From NCBI GenBank assembly GCA_963828735.1, contig CAWHFW010000005.1:1344001-1408000 (forward strand): 64,000 nt of DNA. The letters are read 5' to 3'. The notes under the pieces are model-generated. The model ran no database searches, had not been told where the DNA came from, and saw only the letters and a program-made list of their open reading frames with translations. The stretch comes from an uncultured Gemmatimonadales bacterium. Its GTDB lineage: Bacteria; Gemmatimonadota; Gemmatimonadetes; Gemmatimonadales; GWC2-71-9. The position numbers and the translations under genes are program-made. This document shows positions 57,008 through 64,000 of this stretch, one piece after another. The number at the start of each line of letters is the position of its first letter. Within the stretch, counting starts at the first letter, position 1.

Positions 57008-60000
57008 TCGGCCTCCGCGGCGACGAGGGCGCGAGCCCGGCCTCTGCGGCCGCGCAGGCGCGCGAGGAGCCCGTCGAAGATCACGTAGACTGTTGGGACG
57101 ACGTAGAGCGTGAGCAGAGTGGAGAAGACCAGGCCACCCACGATGGCGTACCCGAGCGGCCGCCGGCTGAGCGAGCCGGCGCCCAGCCCGAGCGTGATCG
57201 GCAGCGCTCCCATCACCGTCGCGACCGACGTCATGAGGATCGGGCGGAGCCGGATGCGCCCGGCCTCCTGCGCGGCCTCGATCGTCGCCATGCCGCGTTC
57301 GCGGAGTTGATTGATGTACTCCACCAGCAGGATCGAGTTCTTGGTGACCAGGCCGATCAGGAGGATCATCCCGATCTGGCTGTACACGTTGATCGTCGAC
57401 CCGGCCACCTTGAGCGTGAACAGCGCGCCGGTCACGGCAAGCGGCACGGACAGAAGCACGGTGAACGGGTGCACCAGCGACTCGAACTGGCTGGCCAGCA
57501 CCATGAACACCACCACCAGGGCCAGCAGGAACGCGAAGTAGAGCGAGGTACCGCTCTCCTCGAGCTCGCGCGACTCGCCCGCGAGGGAGGTGCTGCTCCC
57601 GCGAGGCAGCACCTCGCGCGCGAGCCGGTTGAGCGAATCGAGCGCCTCCCCCAGCGTGAAGTTGGGCGCGAGGCTCGCCGTCAGCGTGGCCGCGCGCACG
57701 CGGTTGAAGTGGTTGAGCTCGCGCGGCCCGACCCCTTCCTTGACGGTGGCGAGCGCCTCGAGCTTGACCAGCGCCGCGTCGCGGCCACGGATGTAGAGCC
57801 CGGTCATGTCGCTCGGGGTCGCCCGGGCCCGCGGGTCGAGCTGGACGATCACGTCGTACTGCTTGTTGGCCCGGGTAAACGTCCCGGTCTTGCTGCCGCC
57901 GAGCAGGACCTGGAGCGTCGTGGCGACATCGCCCACGGGCACGCCGAGGTCCTCCGCCCGGTCGCGATCGAAGCTCACCTCGAGTTGCGGCTTGTTGACG
58001 CGCAGGTCGCTGTCCACGTTCACCAGGCCGGCGATCTGGCGCGCCCGCGCCAGCAGCGTGTCGTTGCCGCGAGCCAGGGAGTCGAAGTCCGGGTGCTGGA
58101 TGACGAAGTTGACCGGGCTGCCGAACCCGAAGGCCGGCGGATTGTTGGCGAACACGAACACGCCCGGGATGCCGAAGAACTGGGGCTGCACCTCGTTGAT
58201 GATGTCCTGCACCGAGCGCTTCCGCTTGGACCAGTCGTCGAGGTTGGTGAAGATCATCCCGCGGCTCACGCCATCGCCCAGGTTCACCACGCTGAAGTAG
58301 CTCTCGACGCCTTTGGTCTTCCCCAGGATAGCCTCGGCCTGACGCTGGTAGCCGTCGGTGTAGGCCAGCGACGATCCCTCGGGCGCGATGACGAAGTTGA
58401 AGAACCAGCCCTTGTCCTCCGGGGGCACGAATTCGCGCTTGAGGGAGCGGAAGACCACCACGGCGCTGCAGGTGACGAGGGCGGCGCCGACCACCACGGC
58501 CAGCCGGTGCCGAAGCGCCTGCCGGAGGGTGCGGGCGTAGCCGGAGGCCAGCCGCGTGAACCCGGACTCGAGCGCCCGATACAGCACACCGTGACGCTGG
58601 GGCACCCGGAGGATCTTGGCGCAGAGCATGGGCGTGAGGGTGAGCGCGACGAAGCCCGAAATGATCACCGAGCCCGCGACGGCGATGCCGAACTCGTTGA
58701 ACAGGCGCCCGGTGGATCCGGTCAGGAACGCGAGGGGGGTGAAGACCGCGACCAGTGCAATCGTGGTCGAGAGCACCGCGAAGCCGATCTCGCGGGTGCC
58801 GTTGATGGCCGCCGCCTCGGGGGCTTCGCCGAGCTCCTCCTGGTGGCGGTAGGCGTTCTCCAGCACGATGATCGCGTCGTCCACCACGATGCCGATGGCC
58901 AGGGTGAGCGCGAGCAGCGTGAAGTTGTTGATCGAGAACCCCATGAAGTACATGATGGCGAAGGCCGCCACGATGGACGTGGGGATGGCGAGGCCGGGGA
59001 TGATCGTCGCGCGCAGGTTGCGGAGGAAGATGAAGATGATGATCACGACCAGCAGCGCGGCGATCCCCAGCGTCTCCTCCGCCTCCTGGATCGAGCGCTT
59101 CACGAAGATCGATTCGTCGAACGCGGTATTGATATGAACGCCCGGCGGCAGCGACTGCTGGATGCGGGGCAGCTCGCCCCGGATATGGTCGGCCACCTGG
59201 ATCACGTTGGACTTGGACTGCCGCACCACGCCGATGGCGACCGCGGCCGTTCCGTTGTAGCGCAGCGCGCTCCGCTCGTCCTCGGCCCCGAGCTCCACCC
59301 GCCCGACGTCCTTGAGCTTGACCAGTACCCCGTTCGCGTTGCTCACCACCAGCTCGGCGAACTCCTGCGGCGTCTTGAGCTCGCCAAGCGAGCGGACGGT
59401 GAACTCACGACGGTCGGACTCGATACGTCCGGCGGGCACCTCCACGTTGCGGCTCCGGATGGCCGACTGCACATCCTGCACGGTCAGTCCGCGCGCCGCC
59501 AGCTCGGACGGATCGATCCATACGCGCATCGAGAACCGGCGCTCGCCGAAGATGCGAGCCTGCCCCACCCCGGGCAGCGTCTGCAGGCGGCTCTTGACCA
59601 GCCGGTCACCGATGTCGGAGAGCTGAAGCAGGTCGTAGTTCTCGCCTGACAGCGCCAGCCAGTAGAACGGCTGCGCATCGGCGTCCTGCTTGGCGACGAC
59701 CGGCTCCTCGACGTCCTGGGGCAGCCGCTCGCGCACCCGGGCCACCTTGTCGCGCGTGTCCTGGGCCGCCGCCTCGACATTGCGGTCGAGGTTGAACTCG
59801 AGCGTGATGTTGCTGACGCCCTCGCCGCTCGAGCTGGTGAGCGTGCGTAACCCCTCGACGGTGCTCAGCTCCTCCTCGAGGATGTCGGTCACCGCCGACT
59901 CGACCACCTGCGGATTGGCGCCCGGCAGGACGGTGGTGACCGAGACGAACGGCGCATCGACGTCGGGAAACTCGCGGACCGCGAGCCGGCTGTACCCGAG

Positions 60001-60078
60001 TGCCCCGAAGAGCACGAGCGCGAGGCTCGCCATGCTGGCGAGAACAGGGCGGCGAATGGAGAGATCGGAGAGCTTCAT
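57004..60078 (-). CDS. RND efflux permease (AcrB/MdtC family)
   Basis: SIRRPV, GIVVDDAIIVLEN, GLVTKNSILLVE, RLRPILMT. Confidence 0.96.
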   Translation of the reverse strand: MKLSDLSIRRPVLASMASLALVLFGALGYSRLAVREFPDVDAPFVSVTTVLPGANPQVVESAVTDILEEELSTVEGLRTLTSSSGEGVSNITLEFNLDRNVEAAAQDTRDKVARVRERLPQDVEEPVVAKQDADAQPFYWLALSGENYDLLQLSDIGDRLVKSRLQTLPGVGQARIFGERRFSMRVWIDPSELAARGLTVQDVQSAIRSRNVEVPAGRIESDRREFTVRSLGELKTPQEFAELVVSNANGVLVKLKDVGRVELGAEDERSALRYNGTAAVAIGVVRQSKSNVIQVADHIRGELPRIQQSLPPGVHINTAFDESIFVKRSIQEAEETLGIAALLVVIIIFIFLRNLRATIIPGLAIPTSIVAAFAIMYFMGFSINNFTLLALTLAIGIVVDDAIIVLENAYRHQEELGEAPEAAAINGTREIGFAVLSTTIALVAVFTPLAFLTGSTGRLFNEFGIAVAGSVIISGFVALTLTPMLCAKILRVPQRHGVLYRALESGFTRLASGYARTLRQALRHRLAVVVGAALVTCSAVVVFRSLKREFVPPEDKGWFFNFVIAPEGSSLAYTDGYQRQAEAILGKTKGVESYFSVVNLGDGVSRGMIFTNLDDWSKRKRSVQDIINEVQPQFFGIPGVFVFANNPPAFGFGSPVNFVIQHPDFDSLARGNDTLLARARQIAGLVNVDSDLRVNKPQLEVSFDRDRAEDLGVPVGDVATTLQVLLGGSKTGTFTRANKQYDVIVQLDPRARATPSDMTGLYIRGRDAALVKLEALATVKEGVGPRELNHFNRVRAATLTASLAPNFTLGEALDSLNRLAREVLPRGSSTSLAGESRELEESGTSLYFAFLLALVVVFMVLASQFESLVHPFTVLLSVPLAVTGALFTLKVAGSTINVYSQIGMILLIGLVTKNSILLVEYINQLRERGMATIEAAQEAGRIRLRPILMTSVATVMGALPITLGLGAGSLSRRPLGYAIVGGLVFSTLLTLYVVPTVYVIFDGLLARLRGRRGRARALVAAEAE

Positions 60079-60220
60079 GGGGGACCGCCTGCTAGTAGTA
60101 GCCGAGCATACGTTGTGTCCCGAGGGGAGCCGATACCGGCTCACGGTGCCGTACGAAACGCCTCGGCTGGAGATTCAGCCGCAGATTAGATTACGCGTCT
60201 CCCTCCTTTGCATCGGGCCC

Positions 60221-60580
60221 ATGGGCACCAAACTCTCGTCACGACAGCAGGCTCAGCTCGCGTACCTCGAGTCGCTGAAGCCCCGATTCGGCCGCATCCA
60301 CTCCGTCATCGAGGAGATGGCCGCGCTCCGCGCCGACGACGTGGTCGTCCGCGGACTCGCGCGGCTGCTCGACCAGATCAAGGGCGAGTCCGGGGCCTTG
60401 AGTCTCACGGGACTGGCGGATACGGCCGGGCTCATGAGCACGTTGACCCGGCGAGGGGGAGGACTCCAGATGAAGGTGCGCGGGCTGCGGGAGCTGTTCG
60501 GCAGCCTCAAGATCAACTACGAAGCGGCGATGCGGTCAGCGACGACGCCGGAAGCCGGCGCCTCGCCCTCGGAGGAGTGA
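60221..60580 (+). CDS. helical hypothetical protein, HPt-like but without the His
   Basis: LARLLDQIKGESGALSL..LA resembles the HPt motif (AHxLKGSAgxlG) with no His. Confidence 0.65.
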   Translation: MGTKLSSRQQAQLAYLESLKPRFGRIHSVIEEMAALRADDVVVRGLARLLDQIKGESGALSLTGLADTAGLMSTLTRRGGGLQMKVRGLRELFGSLKINYEAAMRSATTPEAGASPSEE

Positions 60581-60786
60581 TCCGGGGGCGCCGGCGCAAC
60601 AAATCCACGGCATGACCGCGTAGGGGTCTGAAGGCGAGATCGGGCAGGCCTAAGAGAAGGACGGCGGAAGGCGGGCGGGACCGCTGGCGCGCGGGAGGGG
60701 GCGCGTTTTCCGTCCCACACCTCGCCACATCGGCCTCGTGACGTGCAGGCCACCGGCAAGACCCATCGGTGGCCGAGCGGGACGGA

Positions 60787-60963
60787 CTACCTCGCGGGGG
60801 TGGGGCCCCCGCGCCGCGCCAGGAGCCGGTCGATGAGCGGACCGCTCACGATGACGATCATGGCGTTGATCAGTCCGCCGATCAGCGTCGACACGAACGC
60901 GAGCGCGCTCAGGATGAGCGTCGCGCCGATCGAGGCCAACAGAACTCCGATCCAGTACCACAT
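60787..60963 (-). CDS. 58-aa membrane microprotein
   Basis: Read manually: MWYWIGVLLASIGATLILSALAFVSTLIGGLINAMIVIVSGPLIDRLLARRGGPTPAR; below the ORF-track cutoff. Confidence 0.6.
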   Translation of the reverse strand: MWYWIGVLLASIGATLILSALAFVSTLIGGLINAMIVIVSGPLIDRLLARRGGPTPAR

Positions 60964-61060
60964 CACGGGGTCTCCGGTGCTGAGGTTCGGCCGGGCCGTA
61001 GGTTATCCAGCCCGGCCGGCCTCCGCAACCCGTTCCACCTCAACGACCGAGGAACGCCAC

Positions 61061-61744
61061 ATGCGCCCAGCCATGGCCTCCGGCCTGCTTCTCCTTCCCG
61101 CCCTCCTGTTTGCCGCGGGCGGCTCCGCCATCGCCCAGGAAGCGGGCCACCACGACCAGGCCGACCACGATCACGCGGTCGAGGGCGGGGGCACCCTTCC
61201 GGCCGGGTGGTCGGTCCGGACCGACGACAAGGCCGCGACCACCAACGTCAAGGTGGTGTCGATGGGTACCGGCATCCACGTGACCCTTGGCCCGGCCATC
61301 ATTCTCTATCGCGCGCAGCACGCCGGCTCCGGTCCGTTCCACACGCTCGCCACCTTCACGCAGACGAAGCCGACCAAGCATGCCGAGGGCTACGGCCTCT
61401 TCTACGGCGGCAAGGCGCTCGACGGCGCGGCCGAGCAGTACACCTACTTCCTCATCCGGCAGGACGGGACCTACCTGGTCAAACGGCGTGAGGGCGACAA
61501 GACGAGCGAAGTCACGAAGGGTTGGGTCGCGTCTGCGGCCGTGCACAAGCCCGATGCGAAGGGGACCGCCACGAACAAGCTCGAGATCGACAACAAGAGA
61601 GACCCGAGCAAGGTCGTGTTTCTGGTGAACGGCGAGCCGGTCTACACGCTCGACGCGAAGGCCACCGACACCAATGGCACCGTGGGACTGCGGGTGAACC
61701 ACAACCTCGATCTGCACATCGAGGGGTTCGACGTCCATCGGTGA
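61061..61744 (+). CDS. exported beta-rich hypothetical protein with a His-rich N-terminus
   Basis: Signal peptide AIA-Q, HHDQADHDH, YGLFYGG, VFLVNG, GTVGLRVNH. Confidence 0.75.
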   Translation: MRPAMASGLLLLPALLFAAGGSAIAQEAGHHDQADHDHAVEGGGTLPAGWSVRTDDKAATTNVKVVSMGTGIHVTLGPAIILYRAQHAGSGPFHTLATFTQTKPTKHAEGYGLFYGGKALDGAAEQYTYFLIRQDGTYLVKRREGDKTSEVTKGWVASAAVHKPDAKGTATNKLEIDNKRDPSKVVFLVNGEPVYTLDAKATDTNGTVGLRVNHNLDLHIEGFDVHR

Positions 61745-61765
61745 CCATCGGCCATGGGCGCCCGA

Positions 61766-63274
61766 TCACCCCGCGCGCTGGCGCCCGGCCTCGAGGATGC
61801 GGTCCGCCGCGTAGCGCACGACGCCTTCCGCGTCGCGCGCCAGGCGCTGAAGGGTGCCGCGGGCAGTCGGCGCGCTGGTAAGCCCGAGGGCCTCGACGGC
61901 GGCGAGGCGCTGGGTGGTCGAATAGCCCTGGCGGCGGACGATGCTTCGGCGAGTCAGGGCCACGCTCGCGAGCGCTGCGCAGGCCTCGACGGTGGCGAGC
62001 CGACCGAGCACGGCGACGAGCGACTGCCAGGCATCGCGGTCCCGTTCGGTCTCGAGGCAGGCCACGAGCAGAATGGCCAGGACGCCCCCTCGCCACACCC
62101 CGATCGCGCCCGCGGCCGCGGCACGCGTGCGGGGATCCGGGTGGTGCAGCGCCTGACGCAACGCGTCGGCCGCGGCACCCTCGTGGATCTCTCCGATCGC
62201 CTGGACCGCGGCGACCCGCGCGCCTTCGTCCCTGTGGGTCAGCAGCCTCACCAGCTCGTCGACCCCTGACGGTTGCCCCAGCCGGCCCAGCAACGCCGCG
62301 GCATGGCGCACCGTCATCGGACGCCGGCTCGCCAGCAGCGGGATGACGAGCGGATACAAGCCTGGGATGCCGCCCAGGACGTCATAGTAGAAGGCCCGGA
62401 CACCCAGCGCCTCGCCTTCGAGCAGCCGATCGAGCACGACCTCCGCCGCGTCGAGCCCGATCCAGCGCAGCACCTCGGAAGCCCGCCGGCGCTGTTCCGA
62501 CTCCCGCTCGGCCTCGTCCACCAGCGCCTCGATGGCGCGCCGAGGAATGGCGCGCCGCAAGTGGATGCCGAACGTGCGCCGCTCGGCGGCCGGAACCTTC
62601 GGCACCAGCCGGACGAGGGCGAGGGCCGCAGTGAGCGCCACGTCCCAAGCCAGGCTTCGGATGCCCCATCCCAGCAGCTCGTGCAAGCGCACCGACTCCG
62701 TCCGCTGGCCCTCGATCAGCTCGACGCGCCGCTCGCCGCTGGCCCGCCGGTCCTCGGTCTGCCGGCGCTCGATCCCGAGGTACGTCGGGCGCCCCGGGCG
62801 TCGGCGCTCGGACCAGCTCCGACGCTCGATCTCACCGCGGGGGGCGAGCTCGGGCCGCTCGGCCGGAGGAGCGGCGGGGGGAGTCTCTTCGGGCGGTGGC
62901 GCCGGGAACTCCACCATCTCGACCTGAATGTTGGGAGAGCTGCGGACGGGTACGGCGTCGTGCGACAGTGCGCGGGCGAGCGCGAGAAGCTCGTCGGGCT
63001 CGGTACCGGCGGCGATTCGGATCGCCTCCACGTGGCGGGCGAGGAGGCGGCCCTTCAGCGTGAGGTCGTCGGGAATGACGCTCCATTCGATCCCGGCCTC
63101 GACCTCGAGCGGCCCGGTCTCGACGGCCGCGGCCGCCGCCGCGAGCGCCAGGTCCTGCGCCGCGTCGTTGCCTGGATCGGCTCGCAGCAGGGCGACGAGG
63201 TCGCCGAAGCGCTTGATGAAGGTGGACTTGGCGTCCACGGAGACCTCTCGCGGGGCGTCGATCTCAAGCTGCAT
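61766..63274 (-). CDS. HEAT-repeat protein with an ERR/DRR-rich linker
   Basis: C-terminal VRHAAALLG, RVAAVQAIG, RAAAAGAIG repeats; central ERR..ERRR..ERRQTEDRR..ERR. Confidence 0.8.
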   Translation of the reverse strand: MQLEIDAPREVSVDAKSTFIKRFGDLVALLRADPGNDAAQDLALAAAAAAVETGPLEVEAGIEWSVIPDDLTLKGRLLARHVEAIRIAAGTEPDELLALARALSHDAVPVRSSPNIQVEMVEFPAPPPEETPPAAPPAERPELAPRGEIERRSWSERRRPGRPTYLGIERRQTEDRRASGERRVELIEGQRTESVRLHELLGWGIRSLAWDVALTAALALVRLVPKVPAAERRTFGIHLRRAIPRRAIEALVDEAERESEQRRRASEVLRWIGLDAAEVVLDRLLEGEALGVRAFYYDVLGGIPGLYPLVIPLLASRRPMTVRHAAALLGRLGQPSGVDELVRLLTHRDEGARVAAVQAIGEIHEGAAADALRQALHHPDPRTRAAAAGAIGVWRGGVLAILLVACLETERDRDAWQSLVAVLGRLATVEACAALASVALTRRSIVRRQGYSTTQRLAAVEALGLTSAPTARGTLQRLARDAEGVVRYAADRILEAGRQRAG

Positions 63275-63511
63275 GGACCTGGACCGCGCCGCAAGCCGGG
63301 CACGATCTGGAGGGGCGACCTGACGCGGACGCCCCACGCGTCGATGCATCCGAGGCCGGCACGCCGCGACGCCTTGACGGTCCGGTGCCGATACGTACAT
63401 TGCTCATATGCGACCCACCTGCAACTCGAATCGCAACCGCGCCGCCAATTACTACGCGTTCACGTAGGATGTCGAGCCGTCTCGGGTGCAGGATGGTGCG
63501 GTAGTTCCCCG

Positions 63512-63541
63512 GCCCGCTCGACCTGTTCGAGGGGCTTTTTT
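63512..63541 (+). terminator. intrinsic terminator in the 5' leader of the porin-like gene (attenuator)
   Basis: GCCC(G)CTCGA-cctgt-TCGAGGGGC followed by TTTTTT, 40 nt before the ATG. Confidence 0.6.
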
Positions 63542-63581
63542 GTTGGCACCCATCGTGACCACTTCTTCGTCGGGAGAGACA

Positions 63582-64000
63582 ATGAAGCGAGCGATCGTTC
63601 TGGGAGCTGCCATCGTCGTCGCGAGCGCCGTCGCGACCGCGGCACCTGCCGCCGCGCAGGCGGTCGGCGCGGACCTGGGCCTGTACAGCTCGTACGTGTG
63701 GCGTGGGTTGAGCCTCACCAACAAGCCGGTGGCGCAGCCTGACGTGTACGTGACCTTCCCCGCGGGGAAAGCCTCCATCACGGTCGCCGGGTGGGCGAAC
63801 ATCGACCTCGGCAAGTACGATGACCCGGACAACGACATCAGCGAGAGTGGAGGCCTCTCCTCTTTCAATCTCGCCGAGTTCGATCCCTACGCGGAAATCG
63901 CGTTCCCGCTGGGCAAGTCGACGCTCACCGGCGGGATCACCGGCTACTTCTACCCCAACGACGCCGGCCTCACCTCCGATTTCAACACGTGGGAGGTCTA
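63582..64000 (+). CDS. TorF/Gcw_chp-like putative outer membrane porin (partial, runs off the window)
   Basis: GGGAGA RBS; signal peptide AAA-Q; SSYVWRGLSLT..P.AQP; E.D.Y; GYFYP. Confidence 0.7.
   Translation, partial: MKRAIVLGAAIVVASAVATAAPAAAQAVGADLGLYSSYVWRGLSLTNKPVAQPDVYVTFPAGKASITVAGWANIDLGKYDDPDNDISESGGLSSFNLAEFDPYAEIAFPLGKSTLTGGITGYFYPNDAGLTSDFNTWEV

Overview
High-GC (roughly 70% by eye) bacterial chromosome segment. The protein families and lipoprotein style suggest Gemmatimonadota (inference). It is mostly housekeeping, envelope and signalling genes: two M61 peptidases, GluQRS, glnA, mqnD, lepB, bcp, a cold-shock gene, an RND/TolC efflux operon, LemA/HtpX and many orphan receiver or phosphorelay parts. 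A tRNA-Cys (23011-23082, minus) carries a 4.6 kb integrase-less island, bounded by a 44-bp duplicate of its 3' half. The most interesting candidates are: (1) a putative peptide-signalling module at 39226-41571, with an AraC regulator, 21-bp-spaced direct repeats, a divergent 47-aa secreted lipopeptide and a convergent TPR-like protein, resembling RRNPP/Rap-Phr systems in layout; (2) a BlaI/M56-HEAT module with three visible 18-bp operators, apparently controlling a cytochrome P460-fold protein that lacks the cross-link Lys plus a Tat-exported metallo-beta-lactamase-fold enzyme; (3) a ~400-nt structured, apparently non-coding region with its own terminator at 43.8-44.4 kb; (4) two paralogues of a small HFEFRGG-motif protein. 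Several single-base frameshifts in G/C runs may be sequencing errors. No database searches were run; all calls come from motif recognition.
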